Shown: positions 1-9,289 of the stretch, piece by piece
How positions within the stretch are numbered: the first letter of the stretch is position 1
Layout of the letters: each line of letters begins with the position of its first letter
Assembly: GCA_030748735.1 (NCBI GenBank)
Contig: JASMLK010000137.1
Coordinates: 399 to 64,398, forward strand
Source: Myxococcota bacterium
GTDB lineage: Bacteria; Myxococcota_A; UBA9160; UBA4427
Direction: 5' to 3'
Length of the DNA stretch: 64,000 nucleotides
The notes under the pieces: model-generated
What the model saw: only the letters and a program-made list of their open reading frames with translations
Databases searched by the model: none
Told to the model about the DNA's origin: nothing
Made by a program: the position numbers and the translations under genes

Positions 1-713
1 CGGTCGAAGAAGCCGAGCTGGCGCTGGCGCGCAACGACATCGCGCAGGCGAATCGCTTGTTCGACCGTGCGCTCGAAAGCGCTCCGCGAAACGGCCGCGC
101 GCTCGTCGGCAGCGCGCGCGCCAGGCTCGCGGCGGAACGCGGCGAACCCGCCCTGGCTCGCTTCGACAGCTATCGCGAAGTCGGCGGCCCCTGGCGACGG
201 GCTGAACAGTACGACCACTGCAGTGCGCTGGCTCTTGCGGGCGAGCAGGTGCTCGAAGCGGGTTCGCGACCCGATCGTGCTCACGCACTCGCCGAACGTC
301 TCGCCGCCACCCGATGTGAAGAGCACCCCGCAGACGAATTGCTGTTGCGAAGTGGCTTGCAGCTCGCCGATCGCGAGATTGAGGCGGGTCGCCACGCGAG
401 CGCACTCCCGCTCTATCTCGCGATCATCGACGATCGCGACGCTGCGAATCGGTCGAACGTGCGCGCGGTCACTGAGACGACCGTGCGCTACGACGATCCT
501 CATCTGGCCCGTGCATATCTCTCGGCGAGCCGGCTACTACTCGCGGATGATCGACGAGACGAGGCGCTGGCGTTGTTGTCGAGAGGCCTCGACGAGCTTC
601 CCGGCAATCGCGACCTGGTTCATCTCATGGTGACCGTACTCGCCGAGGGCTCGAACGTGGTGTTTCCGCGTGAGAAGCCCCCCGGATCTCAGGCGCCAGC
701 CGCACCGCGCTGA
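1..713 (+). CDS. hypothetical protein with helical TPR-like repeats, C-terminal part (5' end outside window)
   Basis: Frame 3 is open from the window edge to the TGA at 711-713. The translation is Ala/Arg/Leu-rich helical repeat (AELALARNDIAQANRLFDRALESAP...). No specific family recognised. Confidence 0.4.
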   Translation, partial: VEEAELALARNDIAQANRLFDRALESAPRNGRALVGSARARLAAERGEPALARFDSYREVGGPWRRAEQYDHCSALALAGEQVLEAGSRPDRAHALAERLAATRCEEHPADELLLRSGLQLADREIEAGRHASALPLYLAIIDDRDAANRSNVRAVTETTVRYDDPHLARAYLSASRLLLADDRRDEALALLSRGLDELPGNRDLVHLMVTVLAEGSNVVFPREKPPGSQAPAAPR

Positions 714-952
714 GCGTAAGTGAAAAAAAGTGGGCACCAGGGAACGCGTCGCAGTGACCAAGTCGGTGTCGAACAATCAGCAATCTTGCACGACAGTTGC
801 GGGTCATGGGCGGAACCCCCATCATCTGGCCCCTTGGGTGGGATCGGGGCACAGGCCAGGCGCAATTGCGCGGTGCATTCGACCATCAAACGGATCAAAC
901 GCATGCGAATTCAAACCGGAAGTCGCGAAGACAGAGGAACAACGAGGGAACC

Positions 953-1450
953 ATGACGAAACGATTCATTGCGCTTACGGCCGCAACCTTTGGCCTGCTG
1001 TTCCTGGTGGCATGCCAAACCACCCCGGAACCGGCCGAACCCGTTGAAGAAGCTCCGGATACCGGCAGCGAATTCAGCCAGGGCGAAACGCCCGTCGAGC
1101 CGGTGCGCGATCGCCTGGCAGACCTGCGGCTCGTCGCGGCCTACTTCGACTACGACCGCTCGGAAATTCGCGACGACATGCGCGACGTCCTCAAGGCCAA
1201 CGCCGAAGGGCTGAAGGAAGCGGGCGTCGTGGTCGTGATCGAAGGTCACGCGGACGAGCGTGGTTCCGAGGAATACAACCTGGCCCTCGGTGAGCGTCGT
1301 GCCGAATCGGTCCGCCGCTACCTGTCGGCGCTCGGCGTTGACGATTCGCAGATGCGCATCGTGAGCTACGGCGAATCGAAGCCCGCCGCGATGGGCCACG
1401 ACGAATCGGCATGGCGGCTCAACCGCCGGGCGGAGTTCCGCGCGCGCTGA
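953..1450 (+). CDS. pal: peptidoglycan-associated lipoprotein (OmpA-like C-terminal domain)
   Basis: ATG 953 follows GAGGGAA. Signal peptide ends in the lipobox LLFLVAC. OmpA-type peptidoglycan-binding motifs are present (IEGHADERGSEEYNLALGERRAESVRRYL, NRRAEF). The track start at 797 is judged too far upstream. Confidence 0.9.
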   Translation: MTKRFIALTAATFGLLFLVACQTTPEPAEPVEEAPDTGSEFSQGETPVEPVRDRLADLRLVAAYFDYDRSEIRDDMRDVLKANAEGLKEAGVVVVIEGHADERGSEEYNLALGERRAESVRRYLSALGVDDSQMRIVSYGESKPAAMGHDESAWRLNRRAEFRAR

Positions 1451-1489
1451 TTCGAAAGACATCGATTCGCCGAAAGGCGAGTGATCGAG

Positions 1490-1529
1490 ACGGGGCGGCT
1501 TCCAGCACGGAGTCGCCCCGTTTCGTTTG
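1490..1529 (+). terminator. intrinsic terminator after pal
   Basis: Stem ACGGGGCG (1490-1497) pairs with CGCCCCGT (1514-1521) and is followed by TTCGTTTGC. It lies 40 nt after the pal stop. Confidence 0.6.
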
Positions 1530-1785
1530 CGAGGCTCGCGTGATCCTCTCTAGAGGTCCGGCCGGACCTCTAGCCGCTGCGCGGTGATGTGTACGCTTCG
1601 GGCGCGCATTGGTTGCGGGTTTCGCGATGCGTCGCGGGGGTGCGGGGGTGTATTGCGGTTGATACCGTGATTCGGCACTGCGAGTGCCGGGATTTCCATC
1701 GAGCGCTATCCGCGCACAGCCCGCCCCGGTCGTATCTCTCCCACCGTCTCACCCGACCGCAATCGGTCCAACGAAAGGAATCCCC

Positions 1786-3432
1786 ATGCCGTTTTCCGGA
1801 GGACAGCTCGCCGCGAAGGCCCTGAAAGAGGCCGGCGTCGAAGTCATCTTCACCCTGTCGGGTGGACACATCATGCCGCTGTTCGAAGGTTGCCTCGACG
1901 AAGGGATCAAGATCGTCGACGTGCGCCACGAGCAGGCTGCCGTGCATGCAGCCGATGCCTGGGCGCGCTGCAACCCCGGCAAGGTGGGCGTTGCGGCCAT
2001 TACGGCGGGCCCCGGTGTGACGGACGGTGTGACGGGTGTCGCGAACGCATGGCGCGCCAACTCGCCGATCCTCGTCTTTGGCGGCCAGGGGCCGTTCAAC
2101 AACCTGCGCCGCGGTTCGCTGCAGGAAATGGATCACATCGGCGTGATGCGGCCGATCACCAAGTACGCCGACGCGTGCTACGAGAGCTATCGCATTCCCG
2201 AGTACATCGAGCTGGCGGTCCGTCACGCGATTTCGGGGACCCCGGGGCCGGCCTTCCTCGAGATTCCGATGGACATCTTCATGGGGCAGGTCGCCGACGA
2301 AGAGGTCGTCGTACCGCGTATCCGCACCACGGCGCCGCGCATTTCGCCCGACCGCACGGAAGTGCGCAGCGCCCTCGAAGAGCTCTCGAGGGCCGAGCGC
2401 CCGATGCTCATGGCGGGTACGTCGGTGAAGTGGTCCGAAGGTGAAGCGGCGATGAACAGCTTCATCGACGAGATCCACCTCCCCACCTACTGCAACGGCA
2501 TGGGCCGGGGCACGGTGCCGTGGGAATCGCCGCAGTTCCTGAACCGCTCACGCAGAGACGCGCTCGCCAAGACGGACTGCATCCTGCTCGCAGGTACGCT
2601 GCTCGACTTCCGCATGCGCTTCGGCAAGGCGATCCCCGAAGACGCCAAGGTGATCCAGCTCGACATGGACAACATCTTGATGGGCCAAAACCGTCAGACC
2701 GACGTGCCGCTGGTGGGCAACGTCGGCTGCTCGTTCGAGATGCTCTCCGAAGAGATGAAGAACCAGGGCCTGCAGCTCGACTTCACCGCGTGGCGCGACG
2801 AGCTTCGCGAGATCGAGAACGAAGCCGAAGCCAAGGTGCAGTCGGCGCTCAACAGCGACGAGACTCCTGTCGACCCCCAGCGCATGTGCAAGGAAGTACG
2901 CGACTGGCTCGACACCCTCGATAGCCCGATCGTGATCGGCGACGGCGGCGACATCGTGGCGACCGCGGCCAAAATCATCCCCGTGAAGGGGCCGGGCGCC
3001 TGGATGGATCCGGGTCCGCTCGGCACGTTGGGTGTCGGCATGCCGTTCGCGTTGGCTGCGCAGCTCGCGCACCCCGACAAGCGCGTGGTCATCGTCTACG
3101 GCGACGGTTCGTTCGGCCTCAATGGTTTCGAATACGACACCGCGGTTCGCTTCAACCTGCCGATCATCGGCATCGTGGGGAACGACGGAGCCTGGGGACA
3201 GATGATGCGACCCCAGGGCGCGATGATGGGTTGGGACCGCCTCGACGGCGCACTCTTGAACCGCACGCGTTACGACAAGGTCGTCGAAGCTCTCGGCGGC
3301 CACGGCGAGTTGGTCGAGAGCCCCGACGAACTCCAGCCCGCACTCGAGCGTGCGGCGGCTTCGGGCAAGCCGGCGCTCATCAACGTGATGATCCGCCAGG
3401 ACCGCGAATTCAAGGGCGGTATCTACGTCTAG
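1786..3432 (+). CDS. thiamine-diphosphate-dependent enzyme (acetolactate synthase large subunit / oxalyl-CoA decarboxylase superfamily)
   Basis: ATG 1786 follows AAAGGAA. N-terminal Pyr domain motifs are present (RHEQAAVHAADAWAR, ITAGPGVTDGVTGVANA), as is the C-terminal TPP-binding motif GDGSFG...GNDGAWG. Substrate cannot be assigned from sequence alone. Confidence 0.85.
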   Translation: MPFSGGQLAAKALKEAGVEVIFTLSGGHIMPLFEGCLDEGIKIVDVRHEQAAVHAADAWARCNPGKVGVAAITAGPGVTDGVTGVANAWRANSPILVFGGQGPFNNLRRGSLQEMDHIGVMRPITKYADACYESYRIPEYIELAVRHAISGTPGPAFLEIPMDIFMGQVADEEVVVPRIRTTAPRISPDRTEVRSALEELSRAERPMLMAGTSVKWSEGEAAMNSFIDEIHLPTYCNGMGRGTVPWESPQFLNRSRRDALAKTDCILLAGTLLDFRMRFGKAIPEDAKVIQLDMDNILMGQNRQTDVPLVGNVGCSFEMLSEEMKNQGLQLDFTAWRDELREIENEAEAKVQSALNSDETPVDPQRMCKEVRDWLDTLDSPIVIGDGGDIVATAAKIIPVKGPGAWMDPGPLGTLGVGMPFALAAQLAHPDKRVVIVYGDGSFGLNGFEYDTAVRFNLPIIGIVGNDGAWGQMMRPQGAMMGWDRLDGALLNRTRYDKVVEALGGHGELVESPDELQPALERAAASGKPALINVMIRQDREFKGGIYV

Positions 3433-3463
3433 AACCACGCGCTACGGCGCTGCTCGAAAACTC

Positions 3464-3507
3464 GAACCGGGACTCGCGCTTCATGCCGAGCCCCGGTTCT
3501 TGTTTCT
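3464..3507 (+). terminator. intrinsic terminator after the TPP-enzyme gene
   Basis: GAACCGGGACTCG pairs with CGAGCCCCGGTTC (12 of 13 positions) and is followed by TTGTTTCTG. Confidence 0.65.
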
Positions 3508-3627
3508 GACTCCGGGTCGCGTCGATCGCGCGCGAACGCAGTTCGCCCCCTTCTGACCCAGGCGAACTCCCGCCCGTGGCAGCGCGCCCCTCAGTTCACA
3601 TGTACCGATCATGTGTTTGGTCTGTGC

Positions 3628-3643
3628 AGGCACGGAACTTGCT
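3628..3643 (+). promoter_or_regulatory. sigma-54 (-24/-12) type promoter
   Basis: aGGCACGgaacTTGCT matches TGGCACG-N4-TTGCW. GG is at 3629-3630 and GC at 3641-3642, exactly 10 nt apart. It lies about 50 nt upstream of the CDS start at 3694. Confidence 0.6.
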
Positions 3644-3693
3644 CCGGCTCTGCACTGCGCCCGCGACCTCGCGACCCCTCGAATGGAGATTTC

Positions 3694-4575
3694 ATGACCA
3701 ACTTTCTTGACGCCTATTCGATCCAGTACTGGCTCGAATCCTGCCCTCAGGGCTACCTCGAACAGACCGAATTTGGTCATGAAGCGGGCCAGAAGGAGCC
3801 CGACGCCCTGCTCTCGGATCCGTTGCTGCGCGAGCAGGCGATCCGAGTGACCTGTCAGCTCGTGTCCGGTGAGCGGGCAGCCTTGGCGGCGAGTTCGGGC
3901 CTCATCAACGCGGCGCCCGACGAAGCGAGCAAGCGCTTTCTCGCGACCCAGACCCTCGACGAAGCGCGTCACGTCGAGATCTTCACCCAGCGTCTGTACG
4001 ACCTCGGCGTAAAGAAGGACGAACTCGAAAGCGTCCTCGCCGACAAGACGAACCCGAACCTCGCGCAGTTCGCCGAGATCCTGCTCGAAAAGGTCGACAA
4101 AAAGGACTTCGTCTCGGGTGTCGTGGGGCAGAACATCGTGCTCGAAGGCATGGCGTTCACCGTCTTCGAAATGTTGGAAGCCTCCAACAAGGCACTCAAC
4201 CCGAAGTTTGCGAAGATCCTTTCGGGCACGATCGCGGACGAACGGCGACACGTCGGTTTCGGTGAAAACCGCATCGGCGCGCTGATCAGTCAGCATCCCG
4301 AGAAGAAGCCCGAAGTCGAAGCCATGCAGCGCGACATGTCGTACTTCATGCTCGCGACCTTTGCGGACCAGTTCCGGAACCCGGAGATGCGCGAAGAGAT
4401 CAAGGCCTCGCGCGAAAAGGCAGGCGAGGAACAGCAGGCCAGCTGGCAAGGTGCGAAGCTCGGTGACATGGAGCCCGAAGAACTCGAGAACCTGCTCGCC
4501 GACACCGTGCTCGGCGAATTCAAGCAGCGACTGTCGCGAGTGGGCATCGACTATCAGACGCCCGCACGGCCCTAG
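3694..4575 (+). CDS. ferritin-like di-iron carboxylate protein (R2/PaaA-like four-helix bundle), paralog A
   Basis: ATG 3694 follows GGAGAT. Ligand pattern is E ... ExxH ... E ... ExxH (GERAALAAS; LDEARHVEIF; VLEGMAFTVFE; ADERRHVGFGEN). Confidence 0.75.
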   Translation: MTNFLDAYSIQYWLESCPQGYLEQTEFGHEAGQKEPDALLSDPLLREQAIRVTCQLVSGERAALAASSGLINAAPDEASKRFLATQTLDEARHVEIFTQRLYDLGVKKDELESVLADKTNPNLAQFAEILLEKVDKKDFVSGVVGQNIVLEGMAFTVFEMLEASNKALNPKFAKILSGTIADERRHVGFGENRIGALISQHPEKKPEVEAMQRDMSYFMLATFADQFRNPEMREEIKASREKAGEEQQASWQGAKLGDMEPEELENLLADTVLGEFKQRLSRVGIDYQTPARP

Positions 4576-4588
4576 CAGGAGGTGTCGC

Positions 4589-5359
4589 GTGTCGGAGGTG
4601 GGTGAAGTTCACGACCTCGATCCGGAGGTGTTCGAACGAGAGGTTCGAACCTTCGATCATTGGTTTGGTGCGGTGCAGGACTATCTGTCCGATCTCGAGC
4701 ATGGGCACCGGGCCGACATCGCCAGTGAGGAATTGGCGGCCGACGAGGTCGATCGCCTGACCACGGCGCTTTGCAACTACGCCGTGGCGGAAACAGCTGC
4801 CCTCGAGGCGTCAAGCGGCCTGGTCCGCTTGGCGCCGAACCACGCGAGCAAGATCTTCCTGGCCACGCAGGCGGTCGACGAAGCGCGTCACGTCGAAGTC
4901 ATCCTGCAGCGCCTGGAGGACATCGGTGTCGAGGATCCCGCCGCCGAGATCGAACGGCGTGCCAACCCGGCGGTCCGCGAGTTCAAGAACCGCCTGCTGT
5001 ACCTCGTCGATTCGAATCAGTGGGATCTCGCGATCTTCGCCCAGAACGTTTCGCTCGAAGCGATGGAGTTCTCGGCGTTTCGCGCGCACGCGACGGTGGG
5101 TGATCCCGTGACCTGCGACATGCTCGAGCGAATGTTGCGCGACGAGCGGCGTCACCTCGGGTTTGGTGAGAACGAAATCGCGAGATGCCTGCGCACCGAT
5201 CCGTCGCGTGGCGCACAGATCGCATCGGTGAAGAACGAACTCGAAAGCCTCGCGATCAACACGTTCGAGTACACGGCCAAGGAACTCGAGGTGGAGTCGG
5301 ACACCATCACGAAGCTCGGGCGTGACTACCGAGACGCGGTCGAGAGGCTGGGGTTGTAA
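4589..5359 (+). CDS. ferritin-like di-iron carboxylate protein, paralog B
   Basis: GTG 4589 lies 6 nt after AGGAGG (4577-4582). Same ligand pattern as the upstream gene (AETAALEAS; VDEARHVEVIL; SLEAMEFSAF; RDERRHLGFGEN). The track ORF start at 4361 overlaps the upstream gene and is not used. Confidence 0.75.
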   Translation: MSEVGEVHDLDPEVFEREVRTFDHWFGAVQDYLSDLEHGHRADIASEELAADEVDRLTTALCNYAVAETAALEASSGLVRLAPNHASKIFLATQAVDEARHVEVILQRLEDIGVEDPAAEIERRANPAVREFKNRLLYLVDSNQWDLAIFAQNVSLEAMEFSAFRAHATVGDPVTCDMLERMLRDERRHLGFGENEIARCLRTDPSRGAQIASVKNELESLAINTFEYTAKELEVESDTITKLGRDYRDAVERLGL

Positions 5360-5396
5360 TCATGTTGACCAGCATTGCGGCGAAGTCGAGGCGACG

Positions 5397-5717
5397 ATGA
5401 GCGGGAGCAGCCATGCCGCCGCCGAGGCGGGCGATTCGCCGGGGAAGATCAAAGAAACGAAGCCACGGCGTCGCTACGAACTCGACGATCGCGGCTTCGA
5501 CGAAGTCCCCCGCAAGTACCGCAAGTACTACCGGAAGTGGGAAGGCCCGGACGACGAGCTCGCCCCCAACGAAGCGCTGTGCCCCGTGTGCAAGATCGTG
5601 ATGCGCTCCGTGCGTGAGCTTCGCGACGGCGACCAGCTCTACTGCATGGCGTGCATGACCCGTGTACGGATCGTAAGCGGCGAGAACGGCCGGCTCGAGA
5701 CCCGCGTCACCTACTGA
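5397..5717 (+). CDS. small zinc-ribbon / rubredoxin-like CxxC...CxxC protein with basic N-terminus
   Basis: CPVC-X17-CMAC near the C-terminus and an Arg/Lys/Tyr-rich N-terminal half. It lies 38 nt after paralog B on the same strand. Confidence 0.55.
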   Translation: MSGSSHAAAEAGDSPGKIKETKPRRRYELDDRGFDEVPRKYRKYYRKWEGPDDELAPNEALCPVCKIVMRSVRELRDGDQLYCMACMTRVRIVSGENGRLETRVTY

Positions 5718-5896
5718 TCTCGCGTGTCCGTCCAACGCCCCGAACGGTGCTGCATCGGTGGGTACAGGCGAGTACAGTGGGTGGTCGTCCGTTCAACCCG
5801 AGCCGCCGTCGCTGCCTGAGTGCGCCCGCTGTGCCACCGCGGCCACGACGGGCCGCGCCCGGATCGCTGAGTTCCCGAGCCTTTGCCCTTGCCCAG

Positions 5897-6072
5897 CCCG
5901 CATGTCTCACCAGGTCTCTACTGCGACGGCACATCTCCGCACTCCGTCGGCACAAATCGACATCCACGTGCTCGACGTGGCTACGGCCACGCCTCCGCGC
6001 GTGAATGCCGATTTCCACCGACGGAGCACGAATCTGCACCGTCTCGCAACGAGACCTGGTGAGACATGCGGG
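5897..6072. repeat. 176-bp imperfect palindromic intergenic repeat, copy A
   Basis: Perfect 22-bp terminal inverted repeat: CCCGCATGTCTCACCAGGTCTC ... GAGACCTGGTGAGACATGCGGG. The interior is also self-complementary. A second copy lies at 25591-25768. Confidence 0.85.
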
Positions 6073-8927
6073 TTGGTCCCCCCGCCGCCGAGGGTTTCGC
6101 GCTGCGTCCCAGCAGCAGCGCCGAACTTGGGTTCGACCCGGCGTGGCTGCGGGCTCTCGTCGAACGCACGGGTCCCCTCGCCGTCGTAGACCTCGAAACG
6201 ACGGGTCTCCCGCGCGACCCGCGCGCCGAGGTCCTCGAACTCGGTGTTCTCACATTCGATCTCGCGCAGGACGACCCGGACACCGTGGAGGCGGCCGCGC
6301 TTTCTGGGCTCGTGAGGCCGAGTGAGCCCCTGCCGCCCGACATCCAGCGGATCACCGGGCTGCGAGACCGCGACGTCACCTCGGCCCCGCGGCTCGAAGA
6401 CGTGCGCTACCGCGTCCTCGAAGCCTTGAAGGGGCGCGTCATCATCGCCCACAACGCGGAGTTCGAGCGCACCTTCCTGTCGGGTTTCTTGTCGCCCGAT
6501 TTCAAGCGTGCGGTGTTTCTCGACACCCAGGACCTGCTGGCGCTGACCCACCCCGACGCTTCCGACCTGCGCCTCGCCACCTTCGTGAGAGAACTCCTCG
6601 GGCGTGAAGAACGACATCGCGCGCTGCAGGACGCGGTCGACACGGCGGCCGTACTTGCCGAGGTCGCTGCCGGAGCAGACCGCGGCGAGTCGCGCTACGT
6701 GAATGCCCGCCGGGCACTCGATCGCTACGAACCCGTATCGCCCTGGCTCGAGGTCCTGCGCGGCCCGCTCCTCGTCGACGAAGAACCCGCAGTCGAAGAC
6801 CCGGCCGCGCAGTTCATCGAGATCGGCAGCTGCGACGATGCTCCGGTCCCCTTCGACGAAGATGCGATCGTCGCTGCGCTGCGTGACGAAGCGCGCGGGC
6901 GTCGCCACTTTCCCGGCTACCGCGTGCGCGACGAACAGATCGAACTCGCGCGCTACTTCGTGCGACATCTGCGCGACGGCAAGACGCTGTTGCTCGAGGG
7001 TGGGACCGGTGTTGGGAAGTCACTCGCCTATCTCGCGGCGGCGATTCCGTTTGCGCGTGAGCGTCGCGAGCGCGGTGAACGCGGCCCGGTCGTGATCTCG
7101 ACGCGAACGAAACTCCTGCAGGACCAGCTGCTGCGCAAAGACATCGGCGCCGCGGCGCGCTTTCTCGGCTACCCGCAGTTGCGCGCGCTTTCGATCAAGG
7201 GTCGTGCGAATTACGCCTGTGAAAGAAGGCTCGATCAGGTGCTCGAAGAGGGACGCAACCTCGATGTCTTCCCCGACGAGCGGATGGCCTATGGCGTCCT
7301 GCTCGCGTGCGCGCGCACGCGTCCCCACGCCGAGATCGGCGACCTGCCCGCCGCCTTGATGCGCCGGTATCCGCGATTGCGCGATTTGCGAACACGTTCC
7401 GTTGCTGGGCGCGCCGAACACTGCAGCCGAGAAGCCTGTGCAAAAACACCGGGTTGCCCATTCGGTGCCAGGCGCGCGGCGCTCGCGAAGGCCGACCTCG
7501 TGGTGGCCAACCACGACCTGCTGCTGCGCTGGCCCTCCGACTATCCGCGGTTGTCCCACGTGATCTGCGACGAGGCGCACGAGCTTGCGGGCGTCGCGGA
7601 CAACGTCTACGCCCAGGTGATCCAGCCCGACGAGGTGCTCGAGCGCATCGACGAGATCTTCGGCCGCCCGGGCGATCGCGGCGAGGCGCGACTGCTTCCC
7701 GTCGAGCTGCGAAGACGCGTCGCGGTCGACGTCGTCGACTGGCGCCGCGAGATCGACCTCGCTTTCGCGGGGCTCGCCAAGAGCGTCGCGGGCTTCGCGA
7801 ACGAGTTCGGAGAGCTGCAGCTTCCGACCGAGCCCGACGTTCATCTCCCTGACGCTGCGCGATTCGCGCGCGAAGCGGCGAGTCGTCTCGACGGTGTTGC
7901 GCACGGTGCAGAAGTGCTCGCCGCCGAGCGTTCGAAGGTCGAAGACAGCGACGATCCACTGATGCGGGGGATCGGCGACTTGTACGACGCCGCCGACGGT
8001 TTGCGCATGGCGTTCAGCGACCTGCCGAGCCATGTCTCGTCGTTCGAAGGGCTCGGTCGTTCGGGGTCGCGCTTTCGTCTTTCGATACGACCGGTGAGTC
8101 CCGCGTCTTCGTATCACGCGGGTTTCATGGACGGGCTCGAAAGCTTCGCCGCGGTGTCGGCGAGTTTGTTCGTTGCCGACGATGCGTTCGCGGCGCTCGG
8201 CGAACTCGAAATCGAAGAGCGCGGCGGTGATCTCGTGGAACGCGTGCGCGTCGCAAGCCCGTTTCCCTACCGCGCCAACATGCGGGCCGTTGCGCTTTCG
8301 CGTGTTCGTGACCCGGTCGCCGACACCGCAAGCGTGCTCGAAGTCCTCGCGCGCGAACTCGGCGGACGCACGCTCGGCCTGTTCACCAGCCTGCGCCGCA
8401 TGCATGAAGTCGCGACAGTGCTTTCGAGCGCGCTCGACAACACGGGGATCGAAGTCCTCGCTCCCGTGCGAGCCCACGACGACCCGGCCGCCCTGGTCGA
8501 TCGTTTTGCGAACAGCAGGACGGGGGCCGTCCTGCTCGGCGCCAGGACCTTCTGGCAGGGGCTCGATCTCCCGGGCGATGGCCTGCAGGCGGTGGTGATC
8601 GAAAAACTGCCCTTCGAGGTGCCGACCGAGCTGCGCCGCCGCCGTGAAGAGCGGGTTCGCGAAGCCGGCGAAGACCCGTTTTCCCGCCTGGCCCTGGGCA
8701 AGATGAAGCTCCATCTGAAGCAGATGACCGGCCGCTTGATCCGCAGCGAAACCGATCGCGGAGTCGCGGTGATCGTCGACGCCCGTGCAGACCGCCCCTA
8801 CTTCAGGACGTTGGGAGATGCCTTCCCCGGAGGGACGGAGATTCGGCTGGTGGAGATCGACGGGCTTGCCGGGGTGCTCGAAGAGGTCGGCCTCGGAAGC
8901 CGATCTGCCCCTCGGGGACAGGGGTAA
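6066..8927 (+). CDS. dinG: DinG-family ATP-dependent helicase with N-terminal DnaQ-type 3'-5' exonuclease domain
   Basis: Exonuclease motifs VVDLETTGL and IIAHNAEFERTFL. Walker A GGTGVGKS. DEAH box CDEAHEL. Four-Cys insertion (YACERR, HCSREACAKTPGCPF) as in Fe-S helicases. The only in-frame ATG/GTG/TTG start (6066) lies inside the repeat terminus. Confidence 0.85.
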   Translation: MRVGPPAAEGFALRPSSSAELGFDPAWLRALVERTGPLAVVDLETTGLPRDPRAEVLELGVLTFDLAQDDPDTVEAAALSGLVRPSEPLPPDIQRITGLRDRDVTSAPRLEDVRYRVLEALKGRVIIAHNAEFERTFLSGFLSPDFKRAVFLDTQDLLALTHPDASDLRLATFVRELLGREERHRALQDAVDTAAVLAEVAAGADRGESRYVNARRALDRYEPVSPWLEVLRGPLLVDEEPAVEDPAAQFIEIGSCDDAPVPFDEDAIVAALRDEARGRRHFPGYRVRDEQIELARYFVRHLRDGKTLLLEGGTGVGKSLAYLAAAIPFARERRERGERGPVVISTRTKLLQDQLLRKDIGAAARFLGYPQLRALSIKGRANYACERRLDQVLEEGRNLDVFPDERMAYGVLLACARTRPHAEIGDLPAALMRRYPRLRDLRTRSVAGRAEHCSREACAKTPGCPFGARRAALAKADLVVANHDLLLRWPSDYPRLSHVICDEAHELAGVADNVYAQVIQPDEVLERIDEIFGRPGDRGEARLLPVELRRRVAVDVVDWRREIDLAFAGLAKSVAGFANEFGELQLPTEPDVHLPDAARFAREAASRLDGVAHGAEVLAAERSKVEDSDDPLMRGIGDLYDAADGLRMAFSDLPSHVSSFEGLGRSGSRFRLSIRPVSPASSYHAGFMDGLESFAAVSASLFVADDAFAALGELEIEERGGDLVERVRVASPFPYRANMRAVALSRVRDPVADTASVLEVLARELGGRTLGLFTSLRRMHEVATVLSSALDNTGIEVLAPVRAHDDPAALVDRFANSRTGAVLLGARTFWQGLDLPGDGLQAVVIEKLPFEVPTELRRRREERVREAGEDPFSRLALGKMKLHLKQMTGRLIRSETDRGVAVIVDARADRPYFRTLGDAFPGGTEIRLVEIDGLAGVLEEVGLGSRSAPRGQG

Positions 8928-9289
8928 GCCGAATCTCACATGGTAAGCTTCCGCCTCCCCAGCGACGCGATGCGCTGTCCATGCGCACTGCCTGCGTCCA
9001 CTTTGCTCCCAGCGACCGCCCCCCGCGATCCAACCAGCAAGATCGAACCGCGCAGGGGCGCGACCGAGTTCAAAACCAAAAACACATTGAGAGCGCGGGG
9101 TTTTGCATCACATTTGCAAAGCGACTCGCAGTTCCAAGCTAGCTTGTGCGTTCATTGAGCCACGGTGACGTGGTTGGAGTGGCCCCTCTTGTCGATGCTC
9201 ATGCCGAAGATGAAGTTCGCGCGCGAAAAGGGTGACTCTGAGTATCAGTATCCGGTGAATCCGCGTGCAGCGTCCGAGAGGGCCGCGAC

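Noticed and set aside
953-1450. pal as part of a tol-pal operon.
   Set aside because: The upstream partial ORF is helical-repeat and not a TolB beta-propeller. A terminator follows pal. No tolQRAB genes are present in the window, so no operon claim is made.
5897-6072. The palindromic repeat as an autonomous insertion sequence.
   Set aside because: It has no transposase ORF. The ORFs crossing it are artefacts of the palindrome. I could not identify target-site duplications by eye. I therefore call it a non-autonomous structured repeat.
7020-8939. Very long ORFs antisense to, or frame-shifted against, recognisable genes. Examples: 7020-8939(-), 1570-2478(-), 5907-6968(-), 17254-18849(-), 23093-24562(+), 30651-32156(+), 33372-35084(-), 49157-50773(-), 55015-56196(+), 59457-60119(+).
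   Set aside because: They are mirror ORFs expected in high-GC DNA. Their translations are Arg/Ala/Gly/Pro-rich with no motifs. In each case another frame or strand encodes a protein with clear conserved motifs.
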